Shown here: in pieces, positions 1-8,712 of the stretch
Position numbering within the stretch: the stretch's first letter is position 1
Layout of the letters: the number at the start of each line of letters is the position of its first letter
Sequence record: DRR723986_6171
DNA length: 34,799 nucleotides
Direction: 5' to 3' (one strand)
Program-made: the position numbers and the translations under genes
Notes under the pieces: model-generated
The model's input: only the letters and a program-made list of their open reading frames with translations
Told to the model about the DNA's origin: nothing
The model's database searches: none

Positions 1-1580
1 CCGGGGTTGAGCACGGCGTCGGAGCGGCCGTGAATAATCATGCCGCCGTGTTCGGTGATCTCGCCGTAATCTCCGTGGGCCCAGACATTGGGGTAGGTGT
101 CGAAATAGGCCGCGCGGTATTTGGCATTGTCGGGGTCATTCCAAAACCCGATGGGGGCGCTGGGGAAGGGGCGAGTGCAGACCATTTCGCCCTTTTTACC
201 GACAACGGCGTTGCCATCATCGTCCCAAACCTCTACCGCCATACCCAAGCCGAGACACTGAATCTCCCCCTCGTAGACGGGAAGGCAGGGGTTGCCGAGA
301 ACAAAGCACGACAGGATGTCCGTGCCGCCGGAAATCGATGACAGACAAATATCCTGTTTAATGTGCCGGTACACATAGCGAAAGCTCTCGTCGGACAATG
401 GCGAACCGGTTGATAACACGGCTTTTAAGGCGCTGAGTTGATGGCTTTCAGCGGGCTTTACCCCGGCTTTTTGCAGCGCTTCGATGTACTTGGCGCTGGT
501 GCCAAAAATAGAAATGCCTTCCTCGTCGGCCATGTCCATCAGCGATTGCGGCTGTGGGTAAAAGGGAGAGCCGTCGTATAGTACAAGGGTTGCTTCGCAG
601 GCGAGGCCGCTTACCAGCCAGTTCCACATCATCCAGCCACAGGTGGAAAAGTAAAACAGCGTGTCCTCACTGCCCAGATCGGTGTGTAAGCGGTGCTCCT
701 TCACGTGCTGAATGAGGCTGCCGCCGGCGCTGTGGACGATGCACTTCGGTACCCCGGTGGTGCCCGACGAATACATGATGTAAAGCGGGTGGTCGAAGGG
801 CAGCTGCTCGAACTCAATATCGTTCGGCGAATACGCGGCGAGTGTCTCCGCCCACAATGTTGCCCCTTCGGGCAGCGATATTTCCTCGGCGGTGCGGCTG
901 ACGGGGACAATGATCAGCGTCTCTATGCTGCTGATCTGCGCCTTGATCTGCGACACGCGCGGTAAGCTGTCGAGGGTTTTTCCGCCGTAGAAATAGCCGT
1001 CGCAGGCAAACAGTACTTTGGGTTGGATTTGGCCAAAGCGATCCATCACGCCATTAATGCCAAAGTCCGGGGAACACGATGACCAGACTGCGCCAATACT
1101 GGCACTCGCCAGCATGGCGATGACGGTTTCGCTGATATTAGGCATAAAGCCGGCAACGCGGTCGCCGCGACCAACACCGGCATTGCGCAGCGCCTGGGCT
1201 AACTGGCTGACTCGTTGGTAGAGGCCGGCGTAGCTGATCGTCTCGCGCCGGCCGTTCTCCAGCCGGGAAATCAGTGCGGTTTTATCACTGCGGTTACGCA
1301 GCAAGTTTTCAGCGAAATTCAGGCGAGCATCGGGAAACCATCGCGCACCGGGAAATTGGTTCCCGTCTACCAGAACTTGGTTGCTCGTTTGTGAGGCGCG
1401 AATATCGCAAAAGTCCCACACCGATTGCCAAAAAGCCTCGGGGGACTCCACCGACCAGCGGTGCAGGTCGGCGTAGTTGTCGAACTGGCGTTGTTGCTCT
1501 CGGTCGAGCTGCTGCAAGAATTGGCTCAATTGGCTGCGCTGAATGCGCGCCGCCGAAGGTTCCCAAAGACAGTTTTTCAT
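1..1580 (-). CDS. Acetoacetate-CoA ligase (acetoacetyl-CoA synthetase), C-terminus beyond window edge
   Basis: Not in ORF track because truncated. Manual translation from ATG at 1580: [18 protein letters not shown]...[16 protein letters not shown]-binding motif [26 protein letters not shown], and [11 protein letters not shown] at the window edge. Confidence 0.92.
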   Translation of the reverse strand, partial: MKNCLWEPSAARIQRSQLSQFLQQLDREQQRQFDNYADLHRWSVESPEAFWQSVWDFCDIRASQTSNQVLVDGNQFPGARWFPDARLNFAENLLRNRSDKTALISRLENGRRETISYAGLYQRVSQLAQALRNAGVGRGDRVAGFMPNISETVIAMLASASIGAVWSSCSPDFGINGVMDRFGQIQPKVLFACDGYFYGGKTLDSLPRVSQIKAQISSIETLIIVPVSRTAEEISLPEGATLWAETLAAYSPNDIEFEQLPFDHPLYIMYSSGTTGVPKCIVHSAGGSLIQHVKEHRLHTDLGSEDTLFYFSTCGWMMWNWLVSGLACEATLVLYDGSPFYPQPQSLMDMADEEGISIFGTSAKYIEALQKAGVKPAESHQLSALKAVLSTGSPLSDESFRYVYRHIKQDICLSSISGGTDILSCFVLGNPCLPVYEGEIQCLGLGMAVEVWDDDGNAVVGKKGEMVCTRPFPSAPIGFWNDPDNAKYRAAYFDTYPNVWAHGDYGEITEHGGMIIHGRSDAVLNP

Positions 1581-1648
1581 TATTCGATGTCTCTATAGCT
1601 GGAGCGAGTGATAGGGTAATTGACGTAGACTGCCTTGTTGAGATATTT

Positions 1649-1680
1649 TTATCAAATTGATAATAATTATTAATTAATAA
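1649..1680. promoter_or_regulatory. Putative LysR operator in divergent promoter
   Basis: Dyad TTATCAA-A-TTGATAA (1649-1663) containing T-N11-A, plus palindrome TTATTAATTAATAA (1667-1680), between the divergent ligase and LysR genes. Confidence 0.55.
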
Positions 1681-1689
1681 TATTTTCTT

Positions 1690-2571
1690 ATGAATGTAAG
1701 TGTAAAGCAGTTGCGCGCCTTCGTCGCTGTGGCCGAGACAGGCAGCTTCGCGCAGGCATGCGAACAATTGAATATATCGCAACCGGCGCTGAGCATGGCG
1801 GTGAAGAACCTCGAGGATGAAGTGGGTGGAAGCCTGTTTCTGCGCTCGACCCGGTCGCTGAGTTTAAGCCCCGAGGGCAATGCATTTTTGCCAACCGCTC
1901 AGCGCCTGCTGCGGGACTGGTCCGATGCCTTTACCGACTTGCAGCGTTTGTATAGCTTACAACAGGGCAAGTTGACCATCGCGGCAATGCCCTCGTTTGC
2001 CAGCACACGCCTGCCTGCTGTGTTGGCGACCTACCGGCAGCAGTTCCCCAATATTGATATCGCGGTGCGCGATATTGTGATGGAAGAGCTTATTGAAGCG
2101 GTACGCGCTGGCCGTGTTGAACTTGGCGTGGCCTTTGAGCCAGACGATAGCGAAGGGCTGGAATTTGAAGCGCTTTTCACCGACCGCTTTGTGGCGGTAT
2201 TCCCAGAGGCACACCCCTTACTGACGCGCAGTCGTCTGCGGATAAAAGACCTGCTCGGCGATACGGTGATTACCCTGAACAGGGGCTCCAGCACCCGCCG
2301 CTGGACCGAAGATGCCTTTGCCAGGGAGTCACTTTCGCCCCCGGCGATCTTTGAGGCGTTCCAGCTCACTACCGTGGGTGCAATGGTGGCCGCTGGTCTG
2401 GGGGTGGCGCTAGTACCCGCGTTGTGTGAGGAGCAGATGCATCAATTGGGCGCCTGCTGTAAGCCGATAAGCGGGCGATGCATCGAGCGCAGAGTGGGTA
2501 TTATCAGGCGCCGACGACAGCAGCTGTCATCTGCGGCAGTGGCAATGCGAGCGTTATTGATGGAGAGCTAG
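1690..2571 (+). CDS. LysR family transcriptional regulator
   Basis: N-terminal HTH (SFAQACEQLNISQPALSMAVKNLE), LFLRSTRSLSLSPEG, 293 aa, divergent from the ligase. Confidence 0.95.
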   Translation: MNVSVKQLRAFVAVAETGSFAQACEQLNISQPALSMAVKNLEDEVGGSLFLRSTRSLSLSPEGNAFLPTAQRLLRDWSDAFTDLQRLYSLQQGKLTIAAMPSFASTRLPAVLATYRQQFPNIDIAVRDIVMEELIEAVRAGRVELGVAFEPDDSEGLEFEALFTDRFVAVFPEAHPLLTRSRLRIKDLLGDTVITLNRGSSTRRWTEDAFARESLSPPAIFEAFQLTTVGAMVAAGLGVALVPALCEEQMHQLGACCKPISGRCIERRVGIIRRRRQQLSSAAVAMRALLMES

Positions 2572-2699
2572 GGGCTTGCCGAGGTCGGTGATGTTAGCAG
2601 CGCTACCTTCCCCCGCGGGGATACCCTAAAATACGGCCGCGACCCAGTGACAACTAGGGTGATAGCTGGGGTGATGACAACAATAGAGGGGAAGGACGG

Positions 2700-3593
2700 A
2701 TGCTCGGTTTTTTACCGCCTGTGGTAAAGGGATTTCTCGCTGCGTGCCTGTTGGCCATGAATACCATTGTACTGGCGCCGTTTTTGATGGTGGTATCGCT
2801 ACTTCGCTTTCTTGTGCCGCTAGTGGGCTTTCAACGCCGCTGCACGGCGGCGGCAGTGTGGATCGCCGAATTGTGGATCGCGATCAACTCTCAGTGGATG
2901 CGCTTAACCCAGCGCATGCAGTGGGAAGTGGGTGGTATTGAACAACTCGATAAGGACCAGTGGTATCTGGTGACCTCTAATCATCAGTCCTGGGCCGATA
3001 TCTTTATTCTTCAGCATTTGCTGAATCGAAAAATTCCAATGCTCAAGTTCTTTCTGAAGCAGGAGCTCATCTGGGTGCCCGTAATAGGCTTGTGCTGGTG
3101 GGCGTTGGACTTCCCGTTTATGAAACGCTACAGCAAGGAATACCTGGAAAAGCACCCAGAAAAGCGTGGCCAAGACTTTGAAAGCACCCGCCGCGCCTGT
3201 GAGAAGTTTGAGCATTTACCCGTGTCGGTCTTCAATTTCCTGGAAGGTACGCGCTATACCCCTGCCAAACACGACGCGCAACAGTCGCCTTATAAATGGC
3301 TGCTAAAACCTAAGGCAGGTGGCATCGGCTTTGTTGTGGGAGCAATGGGCTCAAGTGTCAAAACCTTAGTCGATATTACCATTGCTTATCCCGGCCACAC
3401 ACAGCCGTCCTTTGGCGACTTCCTTTGTGGGCGGGTGGATAACGTTAAGGTTCGTGTACAGAAACGAGAAATTCCCAGTGAATTTTTGGGTCGTAGCTAC
3501 AGCGACGATGAGGACTTCCGCTATGAGTTCCAACAATGGGTTAGCGCACTGTGGAAGGAAAAGGACCAATTGATGGAAGAGCTTCACCGATGA
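2700..3593 (+). CDS. Acyltransferase, PlsC/YihG family (lysophospholipid acyltransferase)
   Basis: NHQSWADI (HX4D) motif, FFLKQEL, FLEGTR, LLKPKAGG. Confidence 0.9.
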   Translation: MLGFLPPVVKGFLAACLLAMNTIVLAPFLMVVSLLRFLVPLVGFQRRCTAAAVWIAELWIAINSQWMRLTQRMQWEVGGIEQLDKDQWYLVTSNHQSWADIFILQHLLNRKIPMLKFFLKQELIWVPVIGLCWWALDFPFMKRYSKEYLEKHPEKRGQDFESTRRACEKFEHLPVSVFNFLEGTRYTPAKHDAQQSPYKWLLKPKAGGIGFVVGAMGSSVKTLVDITIAYPGHTQPSFGDFLCGRVDNVKVRVQKREIPSEFLGRSYSDDEDFRYEFQQWVSALWKEKDQLMEELHR

Positions 3594-3649
3594 TTCTCTG
3601 AGGTGAAAAGACCCATGGCCAATAACAATAAAATAGGGGCAGGCAGAAT

Positions 3650-4144
3650 ATGAAATTCGACTATGTAAAAACACGGCGCGAGGATGTGGCCAGTATTCCA
3701 GAGAGCTGGTCCGGCGCAATAAAGACCGTTATGCGTCACTACACCCGTTTCAATGTCTGGGTGTATAAGAAAAGTGGCGGGAGGTTGATGAAAAACTTTC
3801 CCGGCGGTTATCCCATTTGTCTTGTTGGTATGACGGGCAAAAAAACGGGTAAAGCCAGAGAGATCGCACTGATCCATCTGCCGCTGGGTGACAAGAAGCT
3901 ACTGGTCGCCTCCCAAGGAGGCATGGCGTCGCACCCTTTGTGGTATCACAATATCAAGGCGAACCCTGCGATTACGATTCAAGTTGGGCGCGAGCGCCTC
4001 GCCTACACGGCGCGAGAAGTGGACGCTGATACCAAGCGGGAACTCTGGCCTCACTTAGTTAGCCTGTATCCCGATTTCGATGAATACCAAGCGCGCACCG
4101 ACCGAGATATCCCCGTGTTTTGTTGCGAGCCGACAGCGCCATAA
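3650..4144 (+). CDS. Nitroreductase-family deazaflavin-dependent oxidoreductase (Ddn/DUF385, FDOR-A)
   Basis: GKKTGKAR, LLVASQGG..HPLWYHNIKANP, YQARTDRDIPV motifs. Confidence 0.88.
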   Translation: MKFDYVKTRREDVASIPESWSGAIKTVMRHYTRFNVWVYKKSGGRLMKNFPGGYPICLVGMTGKKTGKAREIALIHLPLGDKKLLVASQGGMASHPLWYHNIKANPAITIQVGRERLAYTAREVDADTKRELWPHLVSLYPDFDEYQARTDRDIPVFCCEPTAP

Positions 4145-4189
4145 ACGGCGCAATGGTAGGGGTTGCTTTACGCCCCTGATCCGTCGTTA

Positions 4190-4315
4190 CTAAGCCGCCT
4201 TCTTCAGCTTTTTCTTGAGTTTGGCGAGTTTGCCTTCGTGCTTGGCGATTTTCGATTTACGCTGCTTGATGGCTTTTTTCAGGCTGGTGATTTTCTTTTT
4301 CGCTTTCTTCGACAT
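4190..4315 (-). CDS. 41-aa lysine-rich small protein (MSKKAKKKITSLKKAIKQRKSKIAKHEGKLAKLKKKLKKAA)
   Basis: Below ORF-track cutoff; ATG preceded by GAGGA RBS, TAG-TAA double stop, C/G-ending codons, heptad hydrophobic pattern. Confidence 0.75.
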   Translation of the reverse strand: MSKKAKKKITSLKKAIKQRKSKIAKHEGKLAKLKKKLKKAA

Positions 4316-4446
4316 GATGTCTTCCTCTGCATAAATGTCACTGAGTATGGTGGGAAAAACCGCCTGCCCACCGATACTAACGAGTAACAGTATAGTCGAG
4401 TATATTCAGGCTACTGGTGTGTGCGCACGATTCGATGCGCAGGGTT

Positions 4447-4884
4447 TTAGTGGGGCAGTTTAACGCCGTGGCTAAGCAGCCACTCCTCGTCAAGCTTCCA
4501 GATAACGCGGCTGATGCCCTCCTGAGCCATAACCTGCTCTCTGGCGTAGGCTTGCAGGTCGGCCAAGGTTTGCTGAGCCTCAAAAAAACGCTCTTCGCTG
4601 ACAGAGACGTTCTGCAAAGAAGGGTCAATAACCTTAATGATGACGGGCACTGGCACATCTGCTGAGCGAGGTGACGTCATTACCGCGACGCCATTTTTTA
4701 CCGCTAAAACGCGAAAGCGGTAGGGGTAGCTATTGAGTTTGGCGTCTTGCTTCAACACCGCATTCAATGCGCGAACCTCTGAGGGCTCGTAAAAGATATT
4801 TACCATTACGGTGAGGGCGAGCGCGGCGATAAAAAACGCGTAAATCTTCATGCCTCGTGACATAGACAATCTCTTCAGCGGCAA
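4447..4884 (-). CDS. Hypothetical protein with N-terminal membrane anchor (true start probably an internal ATG, MSRG or MKIY)
   Basis: Hydrophobic N-terminal helix followed by a soluble domain (YPYRFRV, SPRSA). Confidence 0.7.
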   Translation of the reverse strand: MPLKRLSMSRGMKIYAFFIAALALTVMVNIFYEPSEVRALNAVLKQDAKLNSYPYRFRVLAVKNGVAVMTSPRSADVPVPVIIKVIDPSLQNVSVSEERFFEAQQTLADLQAYAREQVMAQEGISRVIWKLDEEWLLSHGVKLPH

Positions 4885-4951
4885 GTGAGTAAACGCGCAC
4901 TTTAGCGCATTTTCGCCGGAAGTATCTTGATGCGGCTCAAAACAGAGTGGG

Positions 4952-5926
4952 TTAAGGGCTTCGGCGTTTGCGAAAAACAGATTTCAGTAAACCTTGGAGT
5001 GCTCGCCAGCGAGTAATCATCAGCGCGAGGAATATCATCAGGCAGCCTAGCAATTGCGTTGCACTAAGGCGCTCCATAAACCATGCCGCCGCGATCAGCG
5101 CCGTCCACACAGGCTCAAGCACCATGATAATAACGCCGTTGCTATACGGCGACAGGCTCTGTGCGTAGGTTTGCAGGTAAAAGCGCAGCGCCGTGCCAAC
5201 GGTTGCGGAGAGCGTGACCCATAACCAGACCATCGGTTGCCCGGCCAATACGCTGATGTGCCAGGTCTCGAGTAGTGTTGAGAGTAGTCCGGTAACCGCC
5301 GCGACGGTGGTCAATACCAAGGTCGTTAGTGCCAATACCGGCACCTTTGGAACGTGTTGAGCGTGTCCGTGTTTATCGGCGCGTGACATCGGATTGGCCG
5401 CGCGCGTGTTCAAATTGAAATACAGCGCAAATAGCGCCGCGGCGCAGAGTAATAGCAGTTGCGATAACTCTAGCCGCAATTGCTGATTCAGAGAAAGGAG
5501 GGCGAGCCCAACACAGGCAACTGGCAGCGCGACCCAGGTGCTGCGAGGAACCGACTCCTTGAATAACAGTGCCGCAATGACCGGTACTAGAATGACGCCC
5601 AAACTGACGATGAACGCCGCTTCACCGACGTGGTTGGAGGCCGCGAGCCCTTCGACCCATAGGCTCATGGCTATGCCAAAGACCACCCCGACCTTCACGC
5701 CGCGAATAAAGTGCGCGCGGCTGAGAACCCGCAACTCCGCTCTTGCCACCATCGCCAGAATGACGGCGGCGATAAGGAAGCGTGCCGACATGAACAGCAG
5801 CGGCGGCATGATGGCGACGGCTTCCTTGGAGAAAATCCAGCTGATGGCTGCCAACAGCGTAACGATGATGAAAATGGCATCTGCGGGCAGCTTGTTAGTC
5901 GCGACGGTATTGGAGGTGGGCATCAA
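4952..5926 (-). CDS. DMT/EamA family transporter
   Basis: About 10 hydrophobic segments in two repeats; ARF, LEPVW motifs. Confidence 0.9.
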   Translation of the reverse strand: MMPTSNTVATNKLPADAIFIIVTLLAAISWIFSKEAVAIMPPLLFMSARFLIAAVILAMVARAELRVLSRAHFIRGVKVGVVFGIAMSLWVEGLAASNHVGEAAFIVSLGVILVPVIAALLFKESVPRSTWVALPVACVGLALLSLNQQLRLELSQLLLLCAAALFALYFNLNTRAANPMSRADKHGHAQHVPKVPVLALTTLVLTTVAAVTGLLSTLLETWHISVLAGQPMVWLWVTLSATVGTALRFYLQTYAQSLSPYSNGVIIMVLEPVWTALIAAAWFMERLSATQLLGCLMIFLALMITRWRALQGLLKSVFRKRRSP

Positions 5927-6099
5927 TGCGATGAATCCGGTTGATATGCTTTTTGCGGTGATGCTGTTTTACCATATTTGCCGATAAACAGCTTCGGAAT
6001 CTGCCGTAATCGCGTTATCTGCGTAAGCGGGGCGTCTGGAAACCGATGCATGAATGCCATAACGCGGTGTGTGGCCGACCCGCTTGCGCATGGTCGCGT

Positions 6100-6678
6100 T
6101 CAAGGCACTGGAATACCGAGAGTCGACAGCATCCTCGATGTCCACATGAGCGGCAGGCCGGTAATGGCGCTGTGATCCTCGCAGTCAATGCTGTTGAATA
6201 GACTGATACCGAGCGACTCAATACGGTATGACCCGCAGCAGAGTAAAGGCGAGTCAGCATCAATATACCGTTTGATCTGCTCTTGGCTTAGCTCGCGCAT
6301 GTTCATGTTGGCAGTGCAGGTGTGGAGATGCTCATTCCCGTCAGCGATGATCGCCAGAGAGGTGATAAGTTGGTGCTGTTTGCCGGATAGCGCGGTGAGC
6401 TGTTCTCTGGCTTTTTCAGCGGTTCCAGGCTTGCTTAGAATGGCGCCCTCAAAGCTGGCTACTTGATCGCCGCCAATGACGATCGCATTACGGTGTTGCT
6501 GGCTAACAGCTCGCGCCTTTAATACGGCCAGTTCACGAGATAATAGCCGGTGATCCCTAACGGTGTTTTTTGATGGAGTTTCGTCAACGTTGGGAGACAT
6601 CGTAGAGAACGGGAGTTTGAGTTTTTGCAGTTGCTCCTGACGATATATCGAACTGCTCGCTAAGATTATCGTTTTCAT
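6100..6678 (-). CDS. maf: Maf family nucleotide pyrophosphatase, YceF-like (m7GTP) subtype
   Basis: LASSS.YR, GGDQV, KPG, CGSYRIE, ITGLP; Y/Q/E signature residues point to the YceF rather than YhdE subtype. Confidence 0.88.
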   Translation of the reverse strand: MKTIILASSSIYRQEQLQKLKLPFSTMSPNVDETPSKNTVRDHRLLSRELAVLKARAVSQQHRNAIVIGGDQVASFEGAILSKPGTAEKAREQLTALSGKQHQLITSLAIIADGNEHLHTCTANMNMRELSQEQIKRYIDADSPLLCCGSYRIESLGISLFNSIDCEDHSAITGLPLMWTSRMLSTLGIPVP

Positions 6679-6779
6679 AGGGGGATATCTCGTTTGCGTG
6701 TACGGGCTGCATTGGCCAGGTTCGCCGGCGGTGTGTATTTGTCTGTCGAATTTCTTCTATTAAAACCATACGGACGAGG

Positions 6780-6818
6780 GGCACACCACGTTATTGAATA
6801 TGAATAACGCGGCGTGCC
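6780..6818 (-). terminator. 16-bp RNA hairpin just after the HHHSS-gene stop codon (terminator or 3' stabiliser)
   Basis: Minus strand GGCACGCCGCGTTATT-catattc-AATAACGTGGTGTGCC; both mismatches are G-U pairs only on the minus (sense) strand; no immediate U tract. Confidence 0.55.
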
Positions 6819-6827
6819 TGGTTGGTA

Positions 6828-7214
6828 CTACAAAGTACGAGGAATTTGCGAAGAGTGGTGGTGAACAATTGGTGCCGGCTTCGCCAGGTCCATGACGTAG
6901 CTAAAGCGCGCTTCGAAATTCAATACTTCGCCATCAACAGCAAAGCGCCAATTGTAAATACCACCCAACACATAGATCTGGTTTCCCAGTTCCTGGGTTA
7001 TAAGCGTTTTGTCGTGTAGGGCAATACTCAGCTCTGGACGACTCCCCAGCGCTTCGAAATAGTCGCGTAATTTCTCCGGCGTATTCAAGACGCGGTTGGA
7101 AAATGTGGGAATCAGTACCGCATTTGGGGCATACAAATTGAGAATCGCGTCGGCATCGGCACTGTTTACCGCCTGCATCCACTTATCGAGAATAGACCTG
7201 GGGTTGTTGCTCAT
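6828..7214 (-). CDS. NTF2/SnoaL-like (CaMKII association domain, COG4875-like) protein; putative iota-class carbonic anhydrase
   Basis: LYAPNAVLIPTFSN, GIYNWRF, ARFSYV and C-terminal IVHHHSS, the motif characteristic of iota-CA; no signal peptide. Confidence 0.75.
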   Translation of the reverse strand: MSNNPRSILDKWMQAVNSADADAILNLYAPNAVLIPTFSNRVLNTPEKLRDYFEALGSRPELSIALHDKTLITQELGNQIYVLGGIYNWRFAVDGEVLNFEARFSYVMDLAKPAPIVHHHSSQIPRTL

Positions 7215-7350
7215 TGGTGATTTTTCCTTGTTGTTAGTGAGTGAGGATTAACTAGAGGTTTTGCTTTTATAAGATCGCCAGACCGCGGGCGGTTACGGCC
7301 ACTTGAGTTATACACAAGTTGATACATGGAGATGATGGACCTTCCGTCGG

Positions 7351-8712
7351 TCATGCTTCCAAGAACTGAATTTGTTTGCCGCGCGGTTTACCGTTGAGTG
7401 CTTCGTCCCTCACAGCAATCTCGCCGCGAACAATGGTGTGTATCGGCCATCCTTTAATGGCAAGGCCGTCGTATGGAGACCAGCCACTGCGACTGGCAAT
7501 CCACTGGTTTTGGATGACCCGGTGGGCCTTTAGGTCCACCACCGTGAAGTCGGCGTCGTAGCCCAAGGCGATGCGTCCTTTACCCTCGATGCCGAAAACG
7601 CGCGCTGGCCCAGCGCTGGTTAAGTCCACGAGGCGCTGCAGGGAGAGGTTTCCGTTATTCACATGATTGAGCATGAGTGGAACGAGTGTTTGCACGCCGG
7701 TCATGCCACTGGGCGAGTCTGGGTAAGGGGCTGCCTTTTCTTCTTTAGTATGGGGGGCGTGGTCGCTGCCGATAACATCGACCACACCGTCTCGAATCGC
7801 GTGCCATAGCGCGTCTTGATGATTTTTGTCGCGTACTGGAGGGTTCATTTGCGCCAAGCTACCGAGACGCTCGTAGCAATCGGGCGCATGCATGCTGATG
7901 TGATGCGGGGTCACTTCCACCGTTACGCGCCGTTTATGCTCGGCGAGGTAAGCCATTTCCTCGGCGGTGGTAACGTGGAGCACATGCAGCCGACGGCCTG
8001 TTTCTGCGGCCATGGTGACAATTCGTCGAGTTGCCTTGAAGGCGCTTTCCACATCCCGCCAGAGTGGGTGGTCGCGGACATCGCCGCTGTCTAATGCGAG
8101 TGACCTTCGTTGCTTTAGGCGTGCCTCGTCCTCGGCGTGTACCGACATGCGGCGGCTGCCATGAGTCAAAATTTGTTGTAGAACGGTATCCTCATCGGCC
8201 AGTAGGTCGCCAAAGGAACTGCCCATGAACACTTTCACGCCGGCGCAGCCTGGCAGTTTTTCTAAGCGATTTAATTGCTCGGCATTGCTTGCCGAGCCGC
8301 CAATGTAAAACGCATAGTCGCACCAGGCTCGCCCTTGAGCGGCATCTAACTTGGCCTGTAGATCGGCTTCCCACAGTGTCAGGGGATGCGTGTTGGGCAT
8401 TTCAAATATGCCAGTGACGCCGCCAAGCACCGCGCCGCGGGTGCCGGCTTCGAGGTCTTCTTTATGGGTTAAACCGGGCTCTCGGAAATGTACCTGACTG
8501 TCGATGACACCGGGAAGAACATGCAGGCCGTGCAGGTTTAGCGACTCCTCTGTGCTCCAGTCATACAAATTGCCCAGAGCGACAATCCGGCCGTTTCTGC
8601 TAGCCACGTCGATACGTTCGATACCGCTGGGTGTGGCGATGTGCCCGCCACGCAGAATTAAGTCGGCATGTTTTGCGTGTAAGGGCGCGGAGGTGGCGTT
8701 ATTCGCGGTCAT
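7351..8712 (-). CDS. pyrC: Dihydroorotase, PyrC2-type
   Basis: [46 protein letters not shown]; 4-nt overlap with thrS. Confidence 0.88.
   Translation of the reverse strand: MTANNATSAPLHAKHADLILRGGHIATPSGIERIDVASRNGRIVALGNLYDWSTEESLNLHGLHVLPGVIDSQVHFREPGLTHKEDLEAGTRGAVLGGVTGIFEMPNTHPLTLWEADLQAKLDAAQGRAWCDYAFYIGGSASNAEQLNRLEKLPGCAGVKVFMGSSFGDLLADEDTVLQQILTHGSRRMSVHAEDEARLKQRRSLALDSGDVRDHPLWRDVESAFKATRRIVTMAAETGRRLHVLHVTTAEEMAYLAEHKRRVTVEVTPHHISMHAPDCYERLGSLAQMNPPVRDKNHQDALWHAIRDGVVDVIGSDHAPHTKEEKAAPYPDSPSGMTGVQTLVPLMLNHVNNGNLSLQRLVDLTSAGPARVFGIEGKGRIALGYDADFTVVDLKAHRVIQNQWIASRSGWSPYDGLAIKGWPIHTIVRGEIAVRDEALNGKPRGKQIQFLEA

Noticed and set aside
30-1782. Short ORFs in the track over the first 1.7 kb
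   Set aside because: Shadows or alternate frames of the minus-strand acetoacetate-CoA ligase and of lysR
4163-4387. 74-aa Phe/Leu-rich plus-strand ORF
   Set aside because: Antisense mirror of the Lys-rich ORF, which has the RBS and ATG
6789-6809. CGTTAT...ATAACG as a second Zur box
   Set aside because: Half-sites are too far apart (11 nt versus 3); better explained as an RNA hairpin
7211-7327. 38-codon minus-strand ORF (MYQLVYNSSG...) overlapping the HHHSS gene start
   Set aside because: No convincing RBS or protein features; may be chance
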